Shown here piece after piece: positions 1 through 13,020 of a DNA stretch of 64,000 bases; position 1 is the first letter of the stretch, and the number at the start of each line of letters is the position of its first letter. The stretch spans positions 40,054,001 to 40,118,000 of the forward strand of contig NW_024704743.1 of assembly GCF_018977255.1 (NCBI RefSeq), written 5' to 3'. The stretch is from Callorhinchus milii (lineage: Eukaryota). Below the pieces are notes generated by a model. That model saw only the letters and a program-made list of their open reading frames with translations, searched no databases and was not told the DNA's origin. The position numbers and the translations under genes are program-made.

Positions 1-664
1 TAACACTATTCAGCAGCACTTCTTCATGAAAAAGTCTCGCTTACTAATTGTGGTTGTCTAGTACAATATGTAGTATTTTTAAACAGTTGCAAGATACAAT
101 GAAAAATGTAGCAAAAGAGTATGTAATGAAAAAAAGGCCATTGGGGCCATTAAGTCTACAATTTTCTTAACCACACATGATCTACCCTATCATTGATTCT
201 AGCCAACCTCCACTCAGAAATTAGTTCTACAAAAATACTTCCTGATCTTTGGTCATCAAGTCCAAATTCCAAAATATTCATCCAATCCCATATCTATTCC
301 AATTACACCTGACCTGCTACATTAGAATGAAAGGCATGTTGTACCATATATCCCTCCATCCAATAACCTAAAGTCCTATGTAACCTAATTCAAGTGGCAC
401 TTTACCCACCATGTTTTGATGTATCATGTTCTCTTTTGCTTTTCAGCCTCTTTGGTGATCTGCATTATGGCTGATCATCATTCTCTGAAAGACTGTATTT
501 AATCTTTCACAACCCTAACTCTGTATCTTAAACTTGCTGTAATATGATATATTAATATGAACAAATTTAAATGTAGCTCAGAAAAGCAGCTCAACCTGAA
601 ATATTCAATCAATTGAAGGTTCAGTAAGGACCTGTCACTTTTTACTCACATCAGCATTGGAGTA

Positions 665-927
665 ACCCGGCAGCCAATTGCACAACAGTTTCTCACAAAC
701 TGACTTGTATCGAGTGACCAAATTATTATTATTTTTAAATTTTTTTGATGCGATTATTACACCCGGAAAAGCAATCAACTAACAACCATGTTCCTATTTA
801 CTGCTAGGTAAACAGAAGCATGTGGAGTAAAGAAACTTGCCTAACATTTCGTCCTGCCCGGGAATCGAACCCAGGCCCTCTCGCTTGCGAGGCAAGTGCT
901 CTAACCACTAAGCCACAGGACTCCACA
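665..927 (-). mobile_element. tRNA-Ala-derived SINE (family A), 3' tail missing
   Basis: The minus strand reads TGTGGAGTCCTGTGGCTTAGTGGTTAGAGCAC (A box), anticodon arm CTTGC-CT-CGC-AA-GCGAG and GGTTCGATTCCC (B box), followed by a body shared with more than 10 other copies in the window. Confidence 0.9.
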
Positions 928-1759
928 TGGTTTGTTTACCAAAATTCTTTGTCAACAGATTGACCATTACCTACTTTGAATAGCACAGAATTTATAATAA
1001 ACTTCCCAAGTTCCAATCATGGGTAAAAAAAGTGTTTGTAAGCTCTTGGCCCTTCATATCAAAGTATATTTATAGTAACCTTTATCCCTGCTCAATATCC
1101 AGCAAGGCAACAGGTAAAAAAAAGAATATCATGTATCTTCATTTTGACAAACCATGTTCAGGATTCTGCTGCAAGTGTATAATTAAGCATGCTGTCCTAC
1201 TTGAATATTCTTTTACAGCTCCAATGAGAGTTATAGCTACTCTATTACCTATGCACATAGCCAAGGAAAAATAGGTCATGTCACCAATGGTTATTCATAT
1301 CAATAAGAAATGTCGGTTGACCATTACCCAATTACAATTCAGAGTTTTATTCTTTTATATAGTTGTGATGAATTAAATCTTAATTATGAAAAATACAATT
1401 TAACTATAATCCCCATTTCTCCAGATTGCCTTTGGCAATAAATGTCTCTTGCACTTTTATTAAATGTATCGGCCTGCAGGCTTGGCACTTCAGAAGCTAC
1501 AGAAGAGTTATTTATCCCTTATGGAAGTAACAGTAAATTAGCGAGCTGGGCTCAAAGTGACCAAGCAAGGGGAAGAGAAGGTGATAATAGGGCTGTACTG
1601 AGGAAGCAGGGGGAGGTGTGGGGAGCAGTGGCAGATTGTTTTCAGGATTTCCTGCTATTCACTCCATTCCTAAATTACCTCTTGTAACATTAAGACAGAA
1701 AAATATGAAATTTATATCAGAATTTTCACTCGTGATATTTGATCACATTCTGCTCTTGC

Positions 1760-2070
1760 TGGTGCCCAATTCAAACACTAGTGGAACCAGAGGCCATGAC
1801 CTAAGATTGAAGGGGATACATTCAAAACTAATCTGCAGAACCCTATTTCACCGGATGAGTATTAAATGTATGGAACAGGCTCCCTAGGAAGATGTTGGAA
1901 GGAGAAAATGTTGATTCTTTCAAAAGTAAATTAGATTAATTTATTTTGGGAAATAATATCTTGGGATACAGTATTTAGTTTGGGACATGACATGTGCATG
2001 CAACTGCCAGGATGGAGGAAGGCAAACTAAATGAACCTTGGTCTTCTTTCATCTAGCAATTCTTATGTTT
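1760..2070 (+). mobile_element. CR1 LINE 3' end fragment
   Basis: ORF2 C-terminal remnant (TRGHDLRLKG) plus a 3'UTR (GCAACTGCCAGGATGGAGGAAGGCAAACTA...TTCTTATGTT) nearly the same as 23140-23302. Confidence 0.8.
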
Positions 2071-3418
2071 GTCAATGTTACCATTCACATCACATGAATC
2101 ACAAATTTTATCCCACTGTATGCAGTTTTGGGACATCCTTCAGGCAGGAGGCATTTGAACCATTGAAGAGAGTTCAGAAATAGAATAAAAGAATGAATTT
2201 GGGAATGAGAGTTATTGGTCTTCAGAACAGATGCCTACAAAAAGCTGTGTTTATTAGCTCTTTCAGAGAAAAACAATAAATAAACTCTGTCTCTGAAGAC
2301 AACAAAGACAGATTTTAATAATAATCTTTACATTTGGTACAGCAGCTTTCACATCTGGGGATGTCCCAAAGCCCTTCACAGGATATACTGAATTGTCTAG
2401 TGCTTATGCTGATGTTTATACTGCCTCGCACGCTTATGACCAACAGAAGTTACAGCAATTCCCCCCCAGTTATAAAACAGTATAATGCTTAACATGCTTG
2501 AAATGTCAAGACTTAAATTTTTAAACAAATGAGTGCAATTTTTTAAGAATATGGACATTTATGCTCACTGTAAACACCACATAACATTTTAATAGAATAC
2601 GTTCAGAATTATCTGAAACACGATTTGTCCAAAACTAATGCCTGGAAATATGGATAAATGTCATATTATATTCAAATATGTCTCAGTTTTGAAGTTTAGA
2701 TTAAGCCAAATCGAATCTCACTGGGTGGTATGATTCAGATTTCACCCTCCTATTATTATTTTCATAACTGACAGTGAGTGTATTTTTAGGCATAGCTAAG
2801 CAGATAAAACAAATTCACTTATTTCAGAAAGAAATTCTGAAACTTCCCTATACATATATATATATTCCCCAGGGATTTGCATGTTCGTGGTGTGCCTACA
2901 GGTCTGAGATAACTGAAAAATGGTTTAGCTTCACAGTTGACTTGCTATGAAAAAACGTTACACTAGCTGAATCAAATACTAACTTTAAACTATTATTTGA
3001 AGATTTAGAGGGGATTAGAAGATCATGTGGAGTATAAACAATAAAGGGTTAGTTGGGCTGAATGTCCTGCTTTTGTGCTGCAATGTTCTACCTAATCTAA
3101 GCAGTAAAATAGTAGAAGTCAGACATATGTATATGTATGGATTGAAATGTGACAATTCTCTGGTATTCTCACAATGAACACCTTTCTCTTTATACATACT
3201 CTACAGCACATCCACTAGTTGAAAAGCATAATGAATAACTATCAGAAATTTCTTCTAATGGTTCGGTTAACTGAGTGATGGCTAACATATCATCCATAAT
3301 AATAATAAATATGATTATTATTATTTTTAAAAAGACCCAGAATTGGAACTCGGGAGCCATCAAGAACATTTGCACTAGTTTGGGGAAGTCCTTTTAAAAT
3401 CAATAATGTGTTTCCAGC

Positions 3419-3479
3419 TTTTCTTGATTGAACATTTCTTGATTTATGGCACAAATCAAGAAATATTAAATCAAGAAAA
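3419..3479. repeat. Near-perfect 61-bp inverted repeat (27-bp arms, 7-nt loop)
   Basis: TTTTCTTGATTGAACATTTCTTGATTT-ATGGCAC-AAATCAAGAAATATTAAATCAAGAAAA; the arms pair with 2 mismatches. Confidence 0.9.
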
Positions 3480-4910
3480 TGTATTTTGTTGGCCGACCGA
3501 AAAGGTCAACAAAATAAACTAAAAGGGTTGGCCACCACTGAGTTAACTGGTTCAGTAAATCTCGGTCAACAGAACAAATTGAAAAGACAAAACTTATCCC
3601 AAGCTTTTTTTTACTTCATTAAGCTTAATCAATCAAAATTAAAAGCAAACCACACTTTAACTATTAATAGCCCCAAGCAACTTATGCAGATTTTTTTTCC
3701 TTATTATACACTTCAGATTTCAATGCTGAGCCTACTGTAGTCAACACCCAATGACATTCTTGGCTGTATCCTATGGATATCTTCTGCCTCTACTGCTTCG
3801 GCTGAGTGAACAGCTGTTCAACTTTACTCAGTTCTCCATAAATATTAAAATTGATGCTTCTTATTGAGAGTTTCATTTGTATTATTAAACAACTGTAAGA
3901 TCAAAAGGGATTAGGATTCCTGTGTGATAGCCATTGGAAACAGAATGAAACAGAAATTGTATTGGCTATTGCGATGACTCTCAACCCCTTTGATGGCTAG
4001 CCTACAGAGATGTCTTTCCGAGAGACAGTGAGCGAGAGTGAGAGAGAGAGATAAGAGATACTTGAGGAGAATCATCTCCAAAGGGATTTTGTAGTGATAG
4101 CCAATGGAAGAAGTGTGATGGAGGCTTAACATCTGCTGATAGCTGCCTCTGGTATGCGACACTTGTCTTATATAGATTGTTACATTTTTAAAAACACCAA
4201 AATAAAATGTTGTCTTCATTTAGAAATACGTAAATTCTTATGGGGTGAAAAGGATGAAGATTTATAACAAATTGGATGTCATAAGAATCACATGAAGCCT
4301 GCTATGAAACATCAGCATTAATTATCGACTGGTTTATGGGTGTGAGATCTTCTGACTTTGGTGCAATGGGTGTGACTGAAGATTACCATGCTCTCTATGA
4401 TGAGCTTTTTTTGTACAGCTAAATATAGGACATCGGATAACTCAAGCGCTACTCTAAAGAGCAGGACTCACATACTGATAAAAAGGTTGATTGGCATGTT
4501 TCAGCTAAGTGGCTGTCCAAAATGGTAACCAAAACAATTTTGAAAGGAGGCCTTGTACTGAACCATTCCACCAAAGTCGAGGAAAGTTTACATCTGAAAC
4601 CAGCCAAAAACGATCACCTGAAATTCCATTTTTTTTAACACATTAAATCTGATATTAAGCATCATATTTGGAGTAGACAAAATGTATACTTAAAATAGAT
4701 TTTAAAAAAATTACATGTTTTGGAAAACAACTACGTGTTGGAGGTTCTTCCAATGTGATAGAGAAGCCTATAATTTTAACTTAACTCTTGCAAGCTTATA
4801 CCATATAACAATTTTTAGACACCACTGTACTCTGAACTAGCCCTTCTGACTTTTGCCAACAATTCAAACATACACTTAGTGGGTTTGATGAATCAAAGTA
4901 AAAGTTGCCA

Positions 4911-5223
4911 TCCTGTAACCCAGTGGTTAGAGTGCTCGCTTTGCAAGCGAGAGACCTGGGTTCAATTCCCAACAGGATGAAACCTTGGGCAAGTTTCCTT
5001 ACTCCACACATCTGACAATAATCCCTCAAGAAAATCAAACAGTAATAAATTGGTCACTTCAAACCACGATTGTTTGTGGGACACTGCTATGCACAATTGG
5101 CTGCTGCATTTCGCCCACAAATATACAATCAATTCACTTTACAGTCTATTCTGTGAAGTACTTGAGACGTCTAGAAGATGTGAAAAGCGCTATATCAAAT
5201 GCAAGGATTATTATTATTATTAT
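4911..5223 (+). mobile_element. tRNA-Ala-derived SINE (family A, short internally deleted form)
   Basis: tRNA head with CTCGC-TT-TGC-AA-GCGAG arm, Deu-like core (TGTTTGTGGGACACTGCT..CAATTGGCTGC), L2-type stem-loop ACGTC-TAGAA-GATGT and (ATT)n tail. Confidence 0.92.
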
Positions 5224-7410
5224 AGGCCTGATAGTACAAATTTCACAATCCAGCAGAAGAAAAAGAAAGAGAAACAAAAGAAATTGGATGTTTTTACTAT
5301 AGAGATGTTCTTAGTTCACACTACTGCTTTCAGTTGATTAACTGAATTGCTAGAGGCTATCTCTCTGTGTGCGAATCTTAAATTGCATCCTGAATAAAGT
5401 GGAAAAATTCAATCAGAAACACATATATAGCATTTATTAAACAATAATAAACACATTTGATAGACTGAGGACTTATTTAGCTGGAAGCTAGCGCAAGCAG
5501 GAGGTGCTTTAACATGTTAAAGAATACAAAAATGCCTTGGGCTTCATTAAATCCAAGGTTATATATACTATATTGTTTGAAGCATATGATATGAATGGAT
5601 CTGGACCTAACCAAGGTTTGCGGGAATACTTTCCTCATTGATAGAAAAAGCCTACTTCTTAAAGTAGCTTCAGGGAAAACTATCAATTGCATATTCAGCA
5701 AATGCATCAAGCCTTTAGAAGAAACAGACAGTATTTTTTGTATAATTTAGAACGAAGGATTCTTAAAAGATTACAAGGAACTAGAAATCTAGGGTACTAA
5801 TAAAGTGACAAAGGATCAGTCAAAGACTGGAGCCCTAATGTGGGAGAAAGAGAGAATTATAGGATGGGCCATTATTCAATGTTTAAAAGCCATAGTGAAA
5901 TAGGAGGTACAAACAAACAATTTATACTTATATACAGTAACTTTCATGTTGGGGGACATCTTAAAGTGTTCAGCAGAGTAGCAGAGAAGATGATACCTCA
6001 CATGAACTCCGCTATATAAATGCAAGTTGCTGTTGATGAAAACTACTCTACATCATACTGCATAAAAACACTGAGAGCCGGCTACTGAGGAATTGTGAGG
6101 TAAATGGCTGACTGAGATAATCCTGGTGTAGACAACCTCTGTCTGTGTGTGTGTCATTTACTTGAACTCCAATTAAGATTTAAGGAACTGAGCAAATAGC
6201 TTTCAAAATACTTGAATGAGTTACAATTAGCGAGATAGGAACTGATCATTGCAAACCATGTTGCAAATATACTTTTGAAATATTATTTGATCTTCAATAA
6301 ATAGAACATCGGGAAATTTAAACATCAGGCTGTGGACAAAAGATTAGACAGCTTGTTAATGAAGGAACCGAGGTATTTAATTTATATTCTCTTTGATTAA
6401 GAAGATTAAAATAAGCTCCAACATAAAATGCACTTCATACTTTTAATCAATTTTAGCATGAATATTTCATCAAGTCAACATATGTCATTTACATATTTTA
6501 TCCTTGCTTAGTATAACAGGATTTACTGGCATGAAAGCATAGAAAATCGTGAACGCAATTATGTTTTTATTAGAATGTTGTTAAGAATAGGTGTGAAATG
6601 CATGGTGACCACATGTTGTGATGCTGTTCTTCATAGTTGTTAACGACAACCTAGTCTACCTTTGAATTAAGTGTAAGACATCAACCACAATTTCACTATT
6701 GTGTTTAGGACTTTGGGTTTTTTCAACCATATGACTGAGCACACTGTCCATTGCCAAAATAGGCAAGCTTTGTTCAATGAAAGGTGAAGCACCAAATCCT
6801 ATTTCAGCACCATTTTGATACCATATACTATTTAATGTTTTGTTTTCATGCATCCTGCTTCTTATCCAACGTTATCCAATGAAGACCGATTGCAGGAGAG
6901 AATCACTGCTGGAGGTTGCGTCACCAGGAACTTAACCAGGGATTGATTAAACAGGGATATGTGAGACAAAAAATAAATAAATTAAGGAATAGTTGAAAAC
7001 AGATTGCTCTATCTTTCAGATGAGTTTAAATAACCACAGAAAGGAAATATATCCTTTGGAAAACAAATAAAATAGCTAGAAAAGAATTATTTCCCCAGAG
7101 CAGAAAGGTCGAATAAGGCTAGGTCAGCCTTAAGTATCGGAATTAGCTTGAAAGATACAACACATCAAAATGTTTTTTTAATGCAAGCAATACAAGTGTT
7201 GGTAATAATGATAATAAATAATAGAAGGGATCAACAGTTATAAGATTATGTTGCCAATAGCAGCAAGAAGCATAGAATTTAAAAAAAAAATCTATTTGTG
7301 AAATATTTAGTGTTAAAAGTAAACAGATTCTTTAATAATACTTATATTTGGTATAATGCCTTATCACATGGGAAGGATATCTCAAAGTGCTTCACAGGAT
7401 TTACTGTGAA

Positions 7411-7717
7411 ATAATAATATAATCCTTGCATTTGATATAGTGCCTTATCATGTCTTCAAGACATCTCAAAGTGCTTCACAGAATATACTGTAAAGTGAAT
7501 TGAATGACCAGATTATTATTATTTTTTTGGAAGGGATTATTACCCCCAGAAAAGCAATCACCAAACGACAAACAACCTGGTTCCTCCTTACTGCTAGGTA
7601 AACAGAGGCATGTGGAGTAAGGAAACTTGCCTAACGTTTTGCCTTGTCTAGGAATTGATCCCAAGTCCTCTCTCTTGTGAGGCTAGTGCTCTAACCAATA
7701 AGCCACAGCTTTCTCCA
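7411..7717 (-). mobile_element. tRNA-Ala-derived SINE (family A) lacking the Deu-like core; extra tail fragment at ~7333-7410
   Basis: Head, middle and tail match the other copies; the segment between GTGAATTGA and TGACCA is deleted. Confidence 0.85.
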
Positions 7718-7819
7718 TAGTGTCCCCTATTGTAAACACCAGCAAGTTTCCACTAGTTGTCCAGCTAGGATCAAGCTACCGGTGAGGGCTTTGGATTGCA
7801 GAGTTAACAGGGGCTAAGG

Positions 7820-8162
7820 TACTGTGTATTTGTAGGCAAATGTGGCAACACAATTGAGCACAACAAAATTCCTTCAAACAGCCATAAAACAAATGGCCAA
7901 TTTTATTTGGAGGATTGTAGGCTAGGACACCAGGAGAGAAAGTCCCTTCTCTTTTCTAATAGTGCCATGGGATCTTTAACACCCACATGAACAGGCAGGC
8001 GGGACCTTGGTTTATCGTCTCATCCAAAGGATGGCATTTTGGACAATGTAACACCCCCCACACAGCGCTGCATTTGAGTGTCATCTTAGACTATGTAAGG
8101 GACTCAAACCAACAACCTTCTGACTCAGAGGTGAGTGTGCTTTAACTGAGCCAAGCTGACAC
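7820..8162 (-). mobile_element. DeuSINE/SacSINE1-like SINE (family B)
   Basis: The minus strand begins GTGTCAGCTTGGCTCAGTT...CTCTGAGTCAGAAGGTTG, and the core GATCCCATGGCACTATT and GGATGAGACGATAAACC resembles the Deu domain of AmnSINE1/SacSINE1. Confidence 0.85.
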
Positions 8163-8329
8163 TTTTTAAAGGACATGTTAAGTGTTTATTGTGTAAAGTG
8201 AGTAAAGATGTTAAACCAATTCTTCAATTCAATGTTCATGAATGAATGAATAAACAAATATTCTGGATGAATTTCAAATCCAGTGAAGGTGCTGTGGGAA
8301 TTTACATCAAATAAATGTAGGGAATGTGA

Positions 8330-8430
8330 GGTGTCAACCTAGCTCAGTTGATAGTACTTTCGCTTCTGAGTCAGAACATTGTGGGTTAAAGCCCCACATC
8401 ATGATTTTGAACTCACAGTCTAGGGTGTCA
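8330..8430 (+). mobile_element. DeuSINE-like SINE (family B) head fragment
   Basis: GGTGTCAACCTAGCTCAGTTGATAGTACTTTCGCTTCTGAGTCAGAACATTGTGGGTT matches the family B head. Confidence 0.75.
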
Positions 8431-8664
8431 GGCAATGTGAAAACTACTACATAAACTGCAATGATTACTATTATTTTAACACAAACTCAAAATGATAAAA
8501 TGTTTATCATCTTAGCTGGAGCCAGATTGATATTTCAGTCTTATTTTCAACTGGTTTGGAGCAGATTAAATGCAATCAAATGTCCATAACTGCATGCAAC
8601 AACTAACGCATCCATCACAATGCCTTAACAAGTCCTGCTGGTGAAAAAACAAGGTATTGCATTA

Positions 8665-8678
8665 CCAGCAGATGTCAC
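8665..8678 (+). promoter_or_regulatory. Candidate CTCF motif
   Basis: CCAGCAGATGTCAC matches CCRSYAGRKGGCRS at 13 of 14 positions; motif match only. Confidence 0.3.
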
Positions 8679-9144
8679 TTGTAACTACTGGGAATTAGCA
8701 CCTTAAGTATCAAGTAAGCTACTTGAATTAATGCAAAAAAAGTTTTTCTCCACTGCACATAAGAGTAAGCTGTAAAAAAAAATCCACACTTTATCTTAGA
8801 CACAAAGACCAAGAAGATATGCATTTCTAGTTTGTTGACATGAAAACTTTCCTACAAAAAATAACATCCCAACTTCCTCAAATACTAAAGAACATTGAAA
8901 TAGCAGCAATGGCAAAATACTGATCAACCCCAAACATCCTTGAGCTACATTCCAGGGCTCAGGTTCACCAAATCACAACAAGTTGAGTTGTGACATAAAG
9001 ATCATGGTCAAAATATTTCCCAATTGGAAACAAAAACCTGACACCACCTTGCTCCAGTGATTCTGGTGAAAGCTATACTATTTAATCAAAATAACATTGC
9101 AGTATTGCAGTTGTTACTGTTTAATCTATTACCATTGAGCATTC

Positions 9145-9620
9145 TAATGATACCAGGAATGGGGAAGCTTAGCTATGAGGACAGGCTGGAAAAGTTAGGA
9201 CTTTTCCCATTAGAGCAGAGGAGGTTACACGGGGACCTGATAGAGGTCTTCAAGATCATGAAAGGTTTCGACAGGCTAGAAAAGGGAAAAATGTTTCCGC
9301 TGGTAGGTGTGTCTGTGACTTGTGGTCACAGTCTTAAGATATCTACCAAAAGAAGCAGAGGGGAGGTTAGAAGAATTTTTTTCATTCAGCGAGTTGTTCG
9401 AATTTGGAATGATCTGCTCGAAAGGGCAATGAAGTCCGATTCGATAACAGCTTTTAAGAGAGAACTGGATAGGTATCTGGGGAAGACGGGTTTGCAGGGT
9501 TATGGGGAGAAAGCTGGTGAGTGGGGTTAATAAAAGTCAGTTGCTCTGTCAAAGAGCCGGCACAGACTCGATGGGCCGAATGGCCTCCTTCTGTGCCATA
9601 ACATTTTATGATTCTATGAT
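9145..9620 (+). mobile_element. CR1 LINE 3' end (ORF2 C-terminus plus 3'UTR)
   Basis: MIPGMGKLSYEDRLEKLGLFPLEQRRLHGDLIEVFKIMKGFD...RVVRIWNDL...FKRELDRYL is a typical CR1 ORF2 C-terminus; the 3'UTR has GATGGGCCGAATGGCCTCCTTCTG and an ATTCTATG-type tail. Confidence 0.93.
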
Positions 9621-11072
9621 ATATGGGCATTAGAATGCTTTAACCTTCTTGACCCATAATTATTTTCTTTTTGCATTTTAGTTCAATAATACCAACTTTC
9701 ATGTACAGAATTCTTGCAAGGACATATCGTGACATTATACAGAGCTTATGCAAAGTCCAACAGGAATTAAGGAAAAAATTGCTCTAACAGAGGCCTGTAG
9801 GGCAGTATATTCAACACAAATATTCTAAAATATTCAGATATTAAGACATGAATCAGAGTTATGACCATTTAGTGTAATGTGAGTTGCTGAAGAGCATTTT
9901 ATGAGACATCATCAATGTTCCTTTAAGGCTGCATTGATATTGCATGTCTTGCAGGAAATCATTGCAATTTTGCCAGAACTTGTCAGTATAAATCAGAATT
10001 AAGTCCCCCTTCACTGTGCTGGAACCCCACTCCTAGCATCACCAGGATTAGATTGCTTCAGAACCACTTTGATTTGTTCCCCTGCATTTTCAACATAGTA
10101 ATACAAATGGATATAAATTCTGTTCCTCAAGAAGATTCCTGGGTGCTTCAATGAACAGCCCAGGTCTTACAAAGAGGCATTTTCATTAATGTCAGCAGAG
10201 TCTGTTGTGCAACTGGCTATTAAATAACATTCTCACTTTGATAAGCACAACACCTCAAAACTACTGGGATATATTTCAAGGACATTCAAGGGCTATAAAC
10301 TAAAGCATGTCATTTTAAATATCAATAGCTCTGGTAAAGTGACATTTGGAATGTATTGCACGTTTTAGGCATCTTGCCTTTGTTAGGAGAAAATATTCTG
10401 TGTTTTTTTTAGATGTTTTTAGAAGTGGAAAGGAAATATTACACTTTCCTATCGGAAGGAGAAACAAGGCAAGAACCGAGACCACTGTGGCTGATTTATT
10501 TTGGTCAGTCAGGTACATGATACATGTGAAATCAATCACCATGAGTAAGAGTATACAAACCTATACAAGAAACATGCACACTAGCTCCCTGGAAATGCAC
10601 ACCATGCTTATTTACTTCCAGAGAATATTAAGCACAAGTTAACTAGAGGCTTGGGATCTCAGAATGTGTGTTGGGGTACTATTGGGAGTTAATCCAGTTA
10701 ACTGTATAGTTTTCCAATGAGAGCATTGTTCAGCTAGTTTCCTGATGCTTGTCCAAATAGGACCACCCTAAACAGAACATTTTTTGACTTGCAGGATAAC
10801 AGGAGCTGAGCAGAAAGAATGCCTCCCAGTGACTGGTTGCAGAACTCAAATTACAGATCCAGTAATTTTATTTAAGGAACCCATAACATGCATTGATATT
10901 CAGCAATAACAAATTATTAAAAACAAAGACTTATAACAGCAAAGTGCATTCATATTATTTCTTTGATATAGGATCAACATTTCAAAGGGCTTCACAGAGA
11001 TAATATAATAATTCAACACCAATTAACACAAACTTAACAAAAGCAGTTCATGTCATTGCTGAACCATGTACA

Positions 11073-11485
11073 TAATAATAATAATAATTCTTGCATTTGA
11101 TATAGCACCTTATCATGTCATTGAGACATCCCAAAGTGCTTTATAGGATATATTGTAAAGTGGTGTGACTGTATCTTGCAGGAAAATCCGGCAGCCAATT
11201 TGAACACAACAATGTCTCACAAACAGCCAAGGAGTTAGTGACCAATTTTATTTTGGGGTCTGGATTGCTGGCCAGGACACCAGGATCTTTACCTTCCACC
11301 TGGACTGGTCGATAGAACCTCTGGTTAGTGCCTCATCCGATGGATGGCACCTTCAACAATGCTGCAAACCTGCAGCACTACAATGAGTGTCGATATAGAC
11401 TATATCAATTCCAAATGGTGATGTGGGGCTTGAACCCACAATCTTCTGATTCAGAAGCAAGAGTGCTACCAATTGAGCCAGCACT
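11073..11485 (-). mobile_element. DeuSINE-like SINE (family B), near full length
   Basis: Head (GCTCAATTGGTAGCACTCTTGCTTCTGAATCAGAAG), Deu core, L2-type tail and (ATT)n. Confidence 0.85.
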
Positions 11486-13020
11486 GATCAGCAAGAGCTG
11501 GTGCAGAGAAGGCACCTAGAGCAGATGGATTTTTAAATGCTTTCAGAAATGAGAAAAACTTAATAAAATATTGCCTACATTTTCAAAAGTAGAAAAATTA
11601 AATGCTTTCTTACGGAGCTGCCAACTCCATCTCTCTCTTGCTGGGTCCAGGCTGTGAAGGGTGAAGACTCTGAGCTGCCCCCAGGCCACATGACTGACCC
11701 CAGGTTAGTTAATGGTTAGAGCACAGTGGGGGGAATGCAAGAATGTGGATCTTTAAGAGGAAGTGAGCTCAGGTGCCTGCACTTCACCATGGGTGGTTGT
11801 GTTGCTGTCAGTTTTCTTGGTTTCCCTGCCTTAGAATAAACCTGTGTTGCAGTGAGTCTCCACATGTGTCTGTATCTACATCATTCAAGGGTGGTTGGAG
11901 GCACACTACAGTATGGAATGGTTTTATATTGATTAATGCCATTAACTTACTGGTTATGGGTAGGTGATGACTCTGGCTGATCGATTTAGGAATGAACAAT
12001 AGGGGTAGAAGTTTCCACCTGGATCCAGATTTATTCTGTTTATATAGCATTTCTGAGCCACCAGAATTTGACAATTTCTTAAACACAGGCTTAATATTGA
12101 AATTGATTTCCTTTAAATTCTTTTAAATATAGAAAGACAGCAGCAAGGTTAAGACTAAATATAAAAATTTGCGATAATCTAAAATACTACCTAAACAGAG
12201 TAAATCTAGTGGAATATAGATAAGAGGAATAAATATTGTTTGAAGTAAATGGAGATAAATCCTGGTGAACCTCTAGTAATATTGGCAACTCATGGAATTT
12301 CCTATTATAATTAGACCAAATAATCACCAAAGGCACTGCACAGAATGTTCACCGGACGTTTTACCCAATAGTGGTTCCAATGTTGACAAGACATGGAAAT
12401 ATGCCAAGAAAGGCAAACAACCATACAATAGGACAACCATACAATAGGATTGTGCACTGTAGTTCTTACTTAATATTGAGCGATTGGAAGAAAAACAAAC
12501 TGCTTGAATATCTTGCAGGAACTAGTTTGGATATAGGGTTAACTATAGATAGATGGTTGAATATTCCATAAATTATTGTGGTTCAAGTCTTGTGTGGACT
12601 TTAGGGAGTACTATCTATGGAACACAGTGTGGAATAAAGTAGATTGCTGCATATTGTCAAGACTGATAACTTCAAGCTTTTGCTCATTGACCTGTGGGGT
12701 CATGAGGAGAAAGAAAATAAAATTTTCTGCTCTTAGACATTTTCTGTGTGAATTTCACTCCCTCTTAGCAAGACTGAATGTGAATAAGTGCAGTTTCGAC
12801 ATGGCCTAAAGGAAAATAGTGCCTTTGTGAATTGTTATCACTTTCTACACAATATCATTCTTATGGTTTAACGTCCATAGTGTTTGATTGATGGCAAAGC
12901 AAAATCATTTCAATGGTTAGAAATTAGTATCAAAGCTTAATCCGTGGCAAAATTATTTTGACCCACCAATATGGTCCAACTTTATGCAGTAAAATTGTGT
13001 CTGAAACTATTTTTGGCTTC

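Noticed and set aside
4911..4980. tRNA-Ala gene (also 860-927, 17620-17692, 37210-37280 and 43975-44046)
   Set aside because: Each tRNA-like head runs straight into the shared SINE body and L2-type tail, so these are SINE heads and not tRNA genes.
6656..6853. Minus-strand 65-aa ORF ending at a possible AAG|GTAGAC donor
   Set aside because: The donor is weak, the peptide has no recognisable homology, and there is no clear acceptor or promoter.
9057..9530. 157-aa ORF as a host gene
   Set aside because: It is the CR1 ORF2 C-terminus read in from flanking DNA.
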